Shown: piece by piece, positions 37,735 to 50,093 of the stretch
Layout: every line of letters starts with the position of its first letter
Numbering within the stretch: position 1 is the stretch's first letter
From: Lytechinus pictus
Taxonomy: Eukaryota
DNA: 64,000 bases
NCBI RefSeq assembly: GCF_037042905.1
Contig: NC_087248.1
Location: 6,634,001-6,698,000, forward strand
Direction of reading: 5' to 3'
Position numbers and translations under genes: made by a program
Notes under the pieces: generated by a model
The model's input: the letters and a program-made list of their open reading frames with translations, nothing else
The model's database searches: none
What the model was told of the DNA's origin: nothing

Positions 37735-40480
37735 GGGGGGGGGGCTCGACCTGACTTTGGCGCCCCTGTGTAGTTTTCGAAAATGGCGCCCCCTCCACGC
37801 CAGGCAAACATAGATGCCTTAAATGCATGTTGAATTATCTTATTTCGTAATCACATCAAAAAGGACAATTAAAGACCAACTTTTTTCAATGATGAGTTCA
37901 TAAAAAATACCGATGAATTGAATACCACTCAGTTTTAAAGTAATAATTGCGAGCGCGAAGCGCGATCGATTTTCTGTTCAATCTACGTAACGACCAGAAA
38001 GCATAAAATTTTAAGCACTTTTGTGATTTCAATTTCGTGCTAAGTTGCCAGGTATACTGACCTAATAGAGGCATTTTAAGGACAGTGCCATTAAACGGAT
38101 ATGCATCTCACTGATAAAATAATGCGAGCGCGAAGAGCGAGCTGAAAATGTTTGATATTCAGCAAATCTTTGTAATCATGGTACGTACCTGTCTCGCTAA
38201 ACAAACAATGCGAGAGACATTTTAAGGATTATAATTTAGGAATCCATTGACATATCTCACCTTAGCCATAATGTCAATCGCTTGCTGATTTTGTTAAATC
38301 ATGATTTTCATACGCATCTCAATATTGCGAGCGCGAACTGAGAATTTAGGAAATTCAGACCTGAAGAGGGGCATTCTGAGGCTTGTTTGTATGAATTCAC
38401 TAAGACCATACGTATTTCACTAACCAAATGATGCGAGCGCGAAGCGCAATCTGAAAAATGTTGATATTAAGATCAGAAAAGGGGACATTTCAAGGACTGA
38501 TTTTATGAATTCATGAAGAGCAGACATATCTCACTAATCCACTAAATAAATGCGAACGTAAGCACGGATAGGAAATGTTTTATATTAAGACCTTAAAATA
38601 GGGCAATCACTTTAGTAGTCATGACAGATTTTAGATTTAGATTTTATTCATTTTCCGTTCACAAGGCACAACAAAATCAAAGTAACAATACATAGTCAAA
38701 TTTAAAGTACAATATCAATCGGAATAATGCATAAGAATTAGAAGGTATAAACAATGAGAACTAATGCGAACTAAAGTAACCTGACTTTGGCGCCCCTGTG
38801 TAGTTTTCGAGAATGGCGCCCCCTCCACGCCAGGCAAACATAGATGCCTTAAATGCATGTTGAATTATCTTATTTTGTAATCACATCAAAAAGGGCAATT
38901 AAAGACCAACTTTTTTCAATGATGAGTTCATAAAAAATACCGATGAATTGAATACCACTCAGTTTTAAAGTAATAATTGCGAGCGCGAAGCGCGATCGAT
39001 TTTCTGTTCAATCTACGTAACGACCAGAAAGCATAGAATTTTAAGCACTTTTGTGATTTCAATTTCGTGCTAAGTTACCAGGTATACTGACCTAATAGAG
39101 GCATTTTAAGGACAGTGCCATTAAACGGATATAAGTAACTTTGACTAATAACTATATAAAACAGAACGGAGGGGCTTGCCAAGAAAAGCAAAGCTTGTAT
39201 GGGAGGCAAGCCCCTGTAACTTAGTTTCAATACGTAGAGGCATATGTCACTACATAAAACAATAATAGAGGCTTATATCACTACATAAAACAATAATAAC
39301 TCGAAGTGCGAGGATTGACTAGAAAACGGGAGGTTTTAGTACAACAAGATTATATATCTCATTAAACAGACAATGTGAGCACCAGGAACAATAAAGACAT
39401 AGGCCTTGAGCAAATTATGCTTCATAAAGTTATGAAAAATGTTTCTTATGTAGGCTAATATAACATAACATAATTATAAAATAATATAACGTTATGAGTT
39501 ATGAAGAACAATAATTGTTCTTTCCCACTAACGTTTCTCTTCCTTTCTCCCTCTTTTTCTCCCTTTCCCTGTTTTTTTTTTTGCCAGCTGACATTTTTTT
39601 GTACAGATTTAGAAAAAAACAACAACAGGATATTCGATGCAATGTAACCCTGAACAGGATGGGTATATCAGTTTTTGCGACATTTTGCGACATGAAAACC
39701 GGACATTCTAAGCACGTTTTTATATAAAGATCAAGCTATATATGTATCTTATCTTATGAACATGTTACGCAGTAGTAGGGTCACCTCAATGGCTTCATCC
39801 TGCATTGGTATTGGCGAGTTTAATTGGCTTCCCCTTAAAACAGGGGAATACCTATATTGTTTTGCAAGAAATTTGTGCATGAATATTTTCATTAATAAAA
39901 TACATATTTCTTTACGATGACCTCGCTTCCTTCGTTCACTCCTGTTTCCTTTTAAAAAATATGCGCCTAGCGTCCAGTTTTCAGATCGAAAAATAAAAGC
40001 AGGATAGGTATTTTACTAAACATCTGATGCAAGCGCGAAGCGTGAGCTGAAAAGTTTCATTTTCCGACTAGAATAAATGACATTCTAAGTACTTGTTGTT
40101 ACCGTGAAGACAAAGGGCATCTGATCGATTGAAATGAAACGTGGAATGATATACTGACTTGAGAAGGACCCCTTTAAGCTCTGATTCCTATTCTATTTTT
40201 TCTCTTTCTCTCTTCTCTGTATATGTTTTTTATGCACCGCCATTAGGAGGGGAGGCGCTTCGCCCCCTGGATCCGCCTATGTATACTGACATGAAAAAAA
40301 ATTGTAGGACTTATGTACGTGGGATCTATGGAGAGGATACGTAACTAACTATTCAAATATTTGTAGCGCGAGCTGAGTTTTATATTAACACTTTTATGTA
40401 ATCCTATATCATCGTAAAAAATTGACATTTTCAGCCGCATTTTCAGTACATGTATCTCACTATGTAATTAGGCAATTCGA
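37735..40480. repeat. Large dispersed repeat built on recurring GCGAGCGCGAAGCGCGAGCTGAAA units (also at 45036-45873 and 47740-48960)
   Basis: More than 15 degenerate motif copies at about 100-bp spacing, each followed by ctgaaaa...ggacatt...tatctca. Confidence 0.7.
37751..39132. repeat. 352-bp direct duplication (37751-38102 and 38781-39132)
   Basis: Same length with about 5 substitutions seen by eye; the second copy is flanked by aagtaac on both sides. Confidence 0.92.
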
Positions 40481-40494
40481 GCATTATGGCGACC

Positions 40495-41712
40495 CCGGTC
40501 GAATATAAAAATTAGCGCCCCAAAGATCGAACACCAATCCGGCACCCCTCCACCGGTCGAACATCAATTCGGCGCCCCTATATCGAACATCAATTCGGAG
40601 CTCCTAGGTAAAACATCAATTATTATAATTATATAATGAAAAAACACGATACAGGACTTTGTAATAATTGTCAAACACATGAAACCATTGAGCATTTCAT
40701 GTTATTTTGTCCTTTATATGCCAGACAAAGGGATCGACTTTATCGCAAATTGAAAGTTACGAACCCGAACCTAAAGACGTTATTCGCCAAAGAAGAAAAT
40801 TTTCCGGCCATTTTAGCCTTTATAAAAGGCAGCGGAAAATATAACCAACTGTAGAGAATATATAAACATACATATATGTGCATGTACTAATACATGTGAA
40901 TACCTATATATGAGGCTGGTTACTATTTTGTTGTTGTGTGTATATATTCAGGCTTATTTTTAGGCGATTTTGTAGTAGAATGTCGCATTATAATGTATAT
41001 ATATGTAAATAGGGAGGGAAAAAAAAGAGAATAAAAAAAAAAAGACAACAAAACATTTACATCTGGAGATTCTATTGGGAATTCCATATAGATACAATTT
41101 TCTTTCTACTTCTGTTTCTATATTTTTACTCGGTTTTTTAATAAACCGAAGATATGGAGTAAGGAGCGCTTATAAATGCTTTTGAAAGACACATTATTAA
41201 AACCAATAAACTAACACCCACATCCATGAAAGGAAACACAAGCACGAGTACTAACTGTTCAATCTAACAAATGATGTTTAAACAAAATACTCATAAGATT
41301 TGAATATTCCACAACGCCTTTCCTCGGTGAATCTATATCTCACACACAGTGCAATTAATAGCAAAATCGAATGACTAGAGCTGGACAGGGGAGGGTGGAA
41401 TCCCTCTCGCTTAGCCTGGCGGAAATCATCGGATATCGATGGATAGCGCCACCTTCATACTAAACTCAACCAACCAACAACCGAGGTAAAATCATCAATT
41501 CGGCGCCCCCTCCCCCTTGGTCGAACCTCAATTCGGCGCCCCCCCCCCCCTTGGTCGAACATCAATTCGGCGCCCCCCCCCCTTGGTCGAACATCAATTC
41601 GGCGCCCCCCTTGGTCGAACCGTAATTCGGCGCCCCTATGTCGAACATCAACTGGGCGCCCCCCATGTCGAACATCAATTTGCCCCCCCCCCCCCCTAGG
41701 TCGAACATGCCC
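40495..41712 (+). repeat. Minisatellite (ggtcgaacatcaattcggcgcccc(c)n) split into two blocks by a LINE insertion
   Basis: About 5 units at 40495-40621 and about 8 units at 41484-41712. Confidence 0.85.
40622..41483 (+). mobile_element. 5'-truncated non-LTR retrotransposon: ORF2 C-terminal CCHC knuckle, 3' UTR and (CAAC)n tail
   Basis: ORF 40636-40854 encodes CNNCQTHETIEHFMLFCPLY; tail taaactcaaccaaccaacaacc; TSD of about 16 bp, aggtaaaa(t)catcaatt. Confidence 0.8.
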
Positions 41713-42733
41713 CCCTTCTTTTTTCCCTCTCCCTTTTTTATTTTGCTCTTCTTTCCCTCCCTTTTTCTCCCCTTTTCGTTTCCTCTCTTTCCTTCCTTTT
41801 TTGGTGCGCCCCTTATCGCGTACCCTGGGGCCCAAGCCCCCCAACAAAAACATATATATATGCGTGTTACATGTTTATAGGCTTACAATAAAATTATTTT
41901 GCTCGGTATCCAAGCGTCCTCGCATGAAAATATTACATGACTGCACTGTAACGTATGTTTCATGATCAGTTTCACTGTTAAAAGTGGCTACTGTACTTGC
42001 TTGGTCGCTACCCTCACTTACATGAAGAATTCTTGAAAAGAATTATCTGAATATGTTTTATGCTAGTTATAAGCTTGTGAAAGAATATATATTTTCGTCT
42101 TGTATTAAAAAAAATAAGTTATATTGTTACACGGCCTCCTTTCGTGATGGGAATAGATAATTATGTTTTTACCTCACGGGTAATAAAACTACAATAAGTG
42201 TATTAATTGGCGAATTGACATACATTACAGAAATTAGAACGTGACTAATAAATAGGCTTGATATCTGTAACGTTCTAATTATCTATTGTGGGAGAGGAAG
42301 ATGCGTTATTATGGATAAAAAGTGAGACAAACGATACACGAACTGTTACCAGTATTTAGGCCATGCATTTGCTCCCTCAGAAACTGTAGACACGATCAGA
42401 TTAAATTTGGAAGAAATATTCACCATAGTTTGATGGCTTCTTCAAACAACTTTATGCCTAATATTACTAAAGTGACAAAGCGGACAAATATATCATTAAA
42501 AAAGTGGATTACCAATTTTTTAGAGATGATCTATAAATGTTTTCAAAACCAATAAGCAATTTAAGGATTACTACACCCTAATGAAACGCTTGTATTTTTA
42601 ACAATACATTGGAGCGAGATCTTACGAACCTTAATTCTTTTAGCTTTCTCTTTTTTTTGGGGGGTCCGGTTGTTTTTATAAAATAAAATATATCAAGGGT
42701 AGTTCAAAATAGACTTTCAGCTCAAACACCCCC

Positions 42734-42736
<3 letters not shown>

Positions 42737-42803
<67 letters not shown>
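42737..42803. repeat. (AT)n microsatellite
   Basis: Directly visible. Confidence 0.95.
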
Positions 42804-42805
<2 letters not shown>

Positions 42806-43344
42806 CCTCAAAAAAAGTTTGGAAACCTGAGTATTGCCATTAATTTCTCCCAACTCCCAATTTTTAACAATGCATATTATTTTGATATCATTCAAAAGAT
42901 CATTTAATTCTCTTTAAAATGATACCATTCTTGTTATGATCATGCCATCGCGAAAAGAGCAGGATTCAGAAGTGTTGGATGAGGTCTGAATTGAAAAGTT
43001 GCAAACGAGCAGAAACAGTCATGAAGGGTCAATAGAGAACATGATTCTTTTGTTACACATTAATATTCATTCAAAACCGAGGAGAAATTATCGATCAAAG
43101 TCAGATTTCAAAACTTTTTTGANNNNNNNNNNNNNNNNNNNNNNNNNNNNNNNNNNNNNNNNNNNNNNNNNNNNNNNNNNNNNNNNNNNNNNNNNNNNNN
43201 NNNNNNNNNNNNNNNNNNNNNNNNNNNNNNNNNNNNNNNNNNNNNNNNNNNNNNNNCTAATTTTTGGTCAATGAAAAATACTTTCTTAATCCAATTCCTA
43301 CTTTGCACTTACAAAAATGCTATACGCTATAATTTTTCTGAGGG
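42804..43344. mobile_element. TA-flanked MITE (Tc1/mariner-like) next to the (AT)n tract; spans an assembly gap
   Basis: Ends ta|cccctcaaaaaaag ... tttttctgaggg|ta. Confidence 0.5.
43123..43256. other. Assembly gap
   Basis: Run of N. Confidence 1.
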
Positions 43345-43436
43345 TAAAAGATGAGCATGGTGAGGATACGGTTTTGTGTTCATAATCATGTGATGATTAG
43401 GATTAAGGCAATTTCGGAAGCTTTGGGTTATGTTTA

Positions 43437-44201
43437 GTCTCTTGTCGAGGCCATGGCGGCTGCTTCCCGAGCGAAGCGAGTGATATCCTTAAAGGGATGG
43501 TCCAGGCTGGAGATATTTATAATTCAATAAATAGAGTAAAATTCACGAAGCAAAGTGCTAAAAATTTGATAAAAATCGGATGACAAATAACGAATTTATT
43601 GAATTTTAAAGATTTGCATTATTCCGGTGAAACAGTTCTAGGCATGTCTTCATGATTATTCATTAGGCGGGCTGATGAAGTCATATCCCCACTTCTTCTT
43701 TTGTATTTTAGTATGTGAAATAAGGCTTATTCATAAATTTTCTACCATCAAGAACTAAAACAATTGGATTGACAACTAGTTATTATTGCTGCAACTTATT
43801 TCATCATTTAGGAGACACATCATTTACACATTTATGAAAAAATGAAACAATTATGATTTCATGTAATAACATAAGAAAAGGGAAAGTGGGGATGTGACAT
43901 CATCAGCCCACCTAATGAATATTCATGACAATGTGCATATAACTGTTTTCACAAAATATTGATAAACTTTAAAATTCAATAACTTTGTTATTTGTTATCC
44001 GATTTTGATGAAATTTTCAGCATTTTGCTATGTGATATGTACCCTATTTATTCAGATATAAATATTTTCAGCCCGGACTATCCTTTCAATTCGCGAAGCG
44101 AATTAGGCCTGGCTGCGCCGCTCGCCAGGCCTAATTCACGTCGCTAATTATGATATCTCTCGCTTCGCTCGGGAAGCAGCACCAGGGCCTCGACAAGAGG
44201 C
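43437..44201. mobile_element. Small palindromic MITE hosting a nested Kolobok/T2-type MITE
   Basis: TIRs of about 50 bp (gtctcttgtcgaggcc...cttcccgagcgaagcgag.gatatc and its reverse complement), flanked by TA; inner hairpin at 44101-44136. Confidence 0.8.
43493..44084. mobile_element. Kolobok/T2-type MITE, inverted relative to the 12174 copy
   Basis: TTAA|agggatggtccaggctg ... cagcccggactatcct|ttca. Confidence 0.88.
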
Positions 44202-44241
44202 TAGGTTATATTTTGCTTTCAATAGGAGCAATTGTTACAGA

Positions 44242-45035
44242 NNNNNNNNNNNNNNNNNNNNNNNNNNNNNNNNNNNNNNNNNNNNNNNNNNNNNNNNNNN
44301 NNNNNNNNNNNNNNNNNNNNNNNNNNNNNNNNNNNNNNNNNNNNNNNNNNNNNNNNNNNNNNNNNNNNNNNNNNNNNNNNNNNNNNNNNNNNNNNNNNNN
44401 NNNNNNNNNNNNNNNNNNNNNNNNNNNNNNNNNNNNNNNNNNNNNNNNNNNNNNNNNNNNNNNNNNNNNNNNNNNNNNNNNNNNNNNNNNNNNNNNNNNN
44501 NNNNNNNNNNNNNNNNNNNNNNNNNNNNNNNNNNNNNNNNNNNNNNNNNNNNNNNNNNNNNNNNNNNNNNNNNNNNNNNNNNNNNNNNNNNNNNNNNNNN
44601 NNNNNNNNNNNNNNNNNNNNNNNNNNNNNNNNNNNNNNNNNNNNNNNNNNNNNNNNNNNNNNNNNNNNNNNNNNNNNNNNNNNNNNNNNNNNNNNNNNNN
44701 NNNNNNNNNNNNNNNNNNNNNNNNNNNNNNNNNNNNNNNNNNNNNNNNNNNNNNNNNNNNNNNNNNNNNNNNNNNNNNNNNNNNNNNNNNNNNNNNNNNN
44801 NNNNNNNNNNNNNNNNNNNNNNNNNNNNNNNNNNNNNNNNNNNNNNNNNNNNNNNNNNNNNNNNNNNNNNNNNNNNNNNNNNNNNNNNNNNNNNNNNNNN
44901 NNNNNNNNNNNNNNNNNNNNNNNNNNNNNNNNNNNNNNNNNNNNNNNNNNNNNNNNNNNNNNNNNNNNNNNNNNNNNNNNNNNNNNNNNNNNNNNNNNNN
45001 NNNNNNNNNNNNNNNNNNNNNNNNNNNNNNNNNNN
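44242..45035. other. Assembly gap
   Basis: Run of N. Confidence 1.
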
Positions 45036-45873
45036 ATTTTTCAGATTGGGGGGGGGGCAAAATCATGAATCGTTCTAAAGGCGCTCGATCACACCAAACA
45101 AACTCACCCACACACACACACAGGCCTAATTATTATATATATATATGTGAGAAAGAGACTCGGACACATATCTCACCAACAAATTAATGCGAGCGCGAAG
45201 CGCGAGCTGAAATTTTTTAGAATGCAAACCTGAAAACAGGAATGGTACCTGTTTAGGACTGTTTGTAGCAGTAACTCATGTGGAGGATACATATCTCACT
45301 ACACAGATAATGCGAGTAACGAGAGCGAGCTGAAATTTCTTTATATTCTGACCTGAAAGATTCATTTTTGGTACTAATGATTAGAATGGGAATCTGAAAT
45401 AACAATAGATGCGAGCTCGAAGCGCGAGCTGAAAATTTTGATATTTCGATCTGAAAAAATTGACAGGTTAATGGACGTTTTTAATAAAGAACAAGATATA
45501 TATTCAACAAAAGATTATTGCAAATCGGAGCGTGAGTTCTTTTTAGGTTTAGAACTGAGAACGGGACATTCTGTTCACCTAATTAATCATGAAAAGTATG
45601 GGTTTTGGTACATAAATGATGCGAGCGCGAGCTGAAAATTTTTATATTCCAATCTGAAAAACGGACATTTTGAGCACGATTTTAAATAAAGAACGAGTTG
45701 TGTATCTCAATCTCGCTGGCTGATTTCTGTGCAACACTGCAATCTTATTTTATTTTTGCACATGCATGCGGAATTATTGGGGGGGGGGCAAAACAATATG
45801 TTTGCCCCCCCCCCCAATATTTTCATTGGTGGGGCGATCGCCCCCCCCTGCCCCCCCAGGATCGACGCCTCTG

Positions 45874-45930
<57 letters not shown>

Positions 45931-45953
45931 TAGTAGTAGTAGTAGTAGTAGTA
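45874..45953. repeat. (GTA)n microsatellite
   Basis: Directly visible; source of the poly-Ser/Leu/Thr pseudo-ORFs. Confidence 0.95.
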
Positions 45954-46202
45954 CACTCTAAAAAATATTGGGTAAAATGCTCAATGAAGGTAATTATGTG
46001 TCCAACCAACATTGAGCATTTCTTTGGGGCATTTTTTTAAATCCAGTATGATGAAAATTTTGCCTATTCGAAAGCAATTGTTGCTTATTTTTAACCTTAA
46101 TGGACAATATGCTACGGCATTGGGTAAAATACTGCCCAAAATTGGTTTTGACACATAATTCCCTCGCGCTGGTTAAAATTTTACCCAATATTTTTTACAG
46201 TG
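45954..46202. mobile_element. TA-flanked MITE with CACT termini
   Basis: TA|cactctaaaaaatattgggtaaaat ... attttacccaatattttttacagtg|TA. Confidence 0.85.
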
Positions 46203-46356
46203 TAAACACTCCTGGACCAGTTAAGAACCAAACCGATACCGATAGTTGGTGTTGCTTACATGTAAATGACAAATTGGTGTTAGCCTTACGCCAAACTGGT
46301 GTTGTTTCAACACCTCTCTAGTGTAGACCGATATAGATATACCAGGCTGGTGTTAA

Positions 46357-46971
46357 AGGTCAAGTCCACCTCAGAAAAATGTTGATTTGAATCAGTAGAG
46401 AAAAATCAGACAAGCATTAATGCTGAAAATTTCATCAAAATCGGACGTACAATAAGAAAGTTATGACATTTGAGAGTTTTGCTTATTTTTCACAAAATAG
46501 TTATATGCACAATTTTATTTAGCCACATGCAAATGAGAGAATCAATGATGTCCCTCACTCACTATTTCTTTTGTCTACTCTTCTTATTGTTTGAATTATA
46601 CAGTATTTCATTTTTTTACAGATTTGAAAATAAGGACCCATGCAATTTGACTGAACCATATAATGTTAAATAATGGTAATTCAACATTATCAGGGCGAAA
46701 TAAAACTTCGTTTCACAGGACAATGAGGAGAAAATTAGAATATTTGATATTTTATACAATGAAATACAAAAGAAATAGTGAGTGAGTGATGTCATCAGTT
46801 CCCTAATGTGCATACTGACAGGGATGTGCATTTAACTATTTTGTGAAATTAAGCGAAACTTTAGAGTGTCATAACTTTCTTATTTTACATCCGATTTTGA
46901 TGAAATTTTCAGTTTTGTGCTTGTTTGATTTTTCTCTTTTTATCAACTTTTTGTTGGGGTGGACTCGTTCT
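46357..46971. mobile_element. Kolobok/T2-type MITE of a related subfamily (aggtcaagtccacc ends); fragment also at about 34105-34260
   Basis: TTAA|aggtcaagtccacc ... ggtggactcgttct|TTAA; shares the gaaaatttcatcaaaatcgga arm core. Confidence 0.85.
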
Positions 46972-48119
46972 TTAAATTAACATTTTGCAGTGTAGTGGTA
47001 TAGATTCCAATTCTATGTGCTTTACGTAATGCGTTATTTTTATTTTCTTTACTAATATATTAAAATTCGTTAGGAACAATTGATTCAGAAATATCATCTA
47101 CCCTGGTTTCGCATAAACATATAATATCAAAATTAGAGATATATTTCTCGAGAATACCATCAGATAATACGGGGTGTATCCTCAATACAAAAGCTGGCAT
47201 CGCGTATATGCGCCTAATACAACGAGAGACAGGTAGCTGAGGATTTTTAGAAGAGAGATGGAAAAAAATCAGAGAAAAAAAAAGGAGGAATTAATATGTA
47301 GGGCCTAACTTCTGGTAGCATGAACATATATTCATGAAAATAGTCATGGATTGTGTCTGAACTACTATAACAATCTAATCTAAATAATATCACTGTATGC
47401 TTGACATAATTATGGTTGGCAAAGTATCGGGATATTTAGTACTAAAAGAAATGAAAAAAAAATTACAGACCCTGTCATATTTTTTTTGAAATCTTTTGCT
47501 CGAATATCGGGATTATGCGCACTTATGAAACGCCTATTTTTGTGCGCCAAAAAGCGAAGAAACAAAATTTATAACAATTTTTATGACAAAAGTTACGGCA
47601 TCCACCAGAATACCAATACTGTAATATCTCTGAGAAAAGACAAAATATCGAAAAAAGACAATACCGCCCTGATTTGTTTTCCTTTGGGGGAGGGGAGGGG
47701 GTTGAATTATGAAAAGTGAACATTGTCTCGTTTCGGTTCCATCTTTAATGCGAGCGCAAAACGCGAGCTGCACATTTTTTTTATATGCTGACCTGAAAAT
47801 TTGAAATTCGAATCATTGCTTGTATTCGATCAGGGGCGGTATCTATCTCAACCATTGATGCGAGTGCGAAACGCGAGGTGAATTTTTTTTATATTTCGTC
47901 CTAAAGAAAATAGGCAGTTTTCATGGTTTACCACGTCTCTAATAAAGTAGGGCCAACATGAGCGCGAAACGCAAGAGTAATTTTTTTTGTCAACTTAGAC
48001 CGAAAAACGGGACATTCTAAGCCTTTCTTTTAAAGAACGATTATCTATTTAGACTATATACGAGAGTGAAGCGCGAGCTGAATTTTTGTTATATTCCGAT
48101 CGGAAAAGTTGATAGGCCC

Positions 48120-48742
48120 CCATTCCACAGAAAGGAGACAATTGAAAAACCACTGAAAGACTTAAAATTGGTGAGGTCTTACAGCGGTCAAAATCACTGA
48201 AATTTGTCATCTCTGTGGAATGGCTCAGAAAGACCCCTCAAAGAACTCTCAAAGACTGATGGATATTTCTTGTCTTATTGGTCTTAGGGTAGTCCTATAG
48301 AGATCTTTCAATGGTCTTCCAGAGATCTTTTACGCAACAAGTGATCTTTCAGAATTCTTTCCATGGACTTTGCCTGGTCTTTCAATGATCTTTGAATGAT
48401 CTTTCAATGATCTCTCATGAGTCTTACAGTGATCTCTGCAAAAATCTTGAGAGACGGCCGAAAGAAAGACTATTAAGACCTTTTAAAAATCATCGAAAGA
48501 CCGCTGAAAGACTGCAGAAAGACCACTGAAAGACCATTTCTTGTAAGACCGTTGTAGCACTGTTTTGAACCGTTTCAAAAAGTTTTGGAGCCCATGAAGA
48601 CCACGAAGACCACTGAAAGATTGGTCACGACTCGTGTAAAACCTCAAAGACCATTGTAGGTTCATTGAGAGACCTCTGAAAGATCAACCAGAATTCATGG
48701 TCTTTCAAAGGTCTTTCAGCGGTCTTGTTCTCTGTGGAATGG
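48120..48742. mobile_element. MITE with ccattccacaga TIRs and many internal GAAAGAC/GTCTTTC repeats
   Basis: ccattccacagaaaggagac ... gtcttgttctctgtggaatgg; an internal copy of the TIR motif lies near 48213. Confidence 0.75.
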
Positions 48743-49544
48743 AAGTATTGCGAACGCAAAGCGCAAGCAAAACCCTTTTTTTATTTATGAAAACCGGACA
48801 TTCTATTCAGTATTTGACTTTACGAAAATCTTTGCAAATAAATCCCAGCGCGAAGCGCCAGTTAATTTATTTGTAAATTCCATTCCGAAAACTAGACATG
48901 TTTAAATAAAGAACGAGCTGTGTATCTCAATAAATAAATTAAAGCGAGCGTGAAGGAAGAACAAAGGATAAGAAAGGGGAGAAGAAGGGGAAACAAAGAA
49001 GAAGAGAATAGAAGAGAAAAAATAGGAAGAAGAAGAAGGGTGATATAATTTGTCATAGTTTTGTTGCTTAATTGATACTTAAAGGGCTAGAAAATAATGT
49101 TATACCTGACAAATGAATGGCAGAAGTAAAAGAAACCAGTAGGCCTATTATGATGCGAGAAGTTGGCATCTTCGGACCGAGGCTCGGAAGAGCAGCAAAA
49201 TGATGACTATCGAATGACTAACAGGTAATGTTTGGTCGAAGATAATTCCAAGACAACAGCAAGATGAATAATCTGACCAAAAGAAGGATGCAATTTTTAT
49301 AGAAATGAATTTTACTGCCTATGCACGCAACTCGGACCATCGTGCAGACGCTTAACGACCAGTTGAAGTTGAAAACGTGATTATTTGGTGGTTTAAGCTG
49401 GTACTTCAGAGTCCCCTCTCCTTGGTTTTAGCAAGGGTGGGCGTCCACTTCCTGCAAAGTATAAGGAAGGGGTTCGGAAGAAATAAAGATCTCTCCGCAC
49501 AAGACGTGGAAAATCTTCGTTTCCCAGCACATTCATAGTATTAA

Positions 49545-50093
49545 AGGGATACTCCGGGCTAAAGATATTTACATGTATATATATCTAAATAAATAGAGTA
49601 AACTTCACAGAGCAAAATGCTGAAAATTTCATCAAAATCGGATAACAAATAAGGAAGTTATTGAATTTTAAAGAATTGCATTATTCCGGTGAAACAGTTC
49701 TAGGCATGTCTTCATGAATATTCATTAGATGGGCTGATGATGTCACATCCCCACTTTCCTTTTTCTTATATTACATGAAATCACAATTGTTTCATTTTTC
49801 ATAAATGTGTAAATGATGTGTCTCCTAAATGATGAAATAAGTTGCAGTAATAAATAACTAATGCACTTAATCAGTTGTCAATCCAATTGTTTTAGTTCTT
49901 GGTAGAAAATTTAGGAATAAACCCAATTTCATATACTAAAATACAAAAGAACAAGTGGGGATATGACATCATCAGCCCGCCTAATGAATAATCATGAAGA
50001 CATGACTGTTTCAACGGAATAATGCAAATCTTAAAAATTCAATAACTTCGTTATTTGTTATCCGATTTTGATCAAATTTTCAGCATTTTGCTT
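49545..50093. mobile_element. Kolobok/T2-type MITE, right end truncated
   Basis: TTAA|agggatactccgggct start; colinear with the 12174 copy. Confidence 0.87.

Noticed and set aside
40495-41712. Regularly spaced repeats of about 25 bp, superficially CRISPR-like (also 55846-56234)
   Set aside because: No unique spacers (only poly-C length variation), eukaryotic context and no cas genes.
44150-45187. Long ORFs of 278-345 aa in the ORF track
   Set aside because: Artefacts of translating the N gap.
45707-46040. Poly-Leu/Ser/Thr ORFs resembling signal peptides
   Set aside because: Translation of the (GTA)n microsatellite and adjacent repeats.
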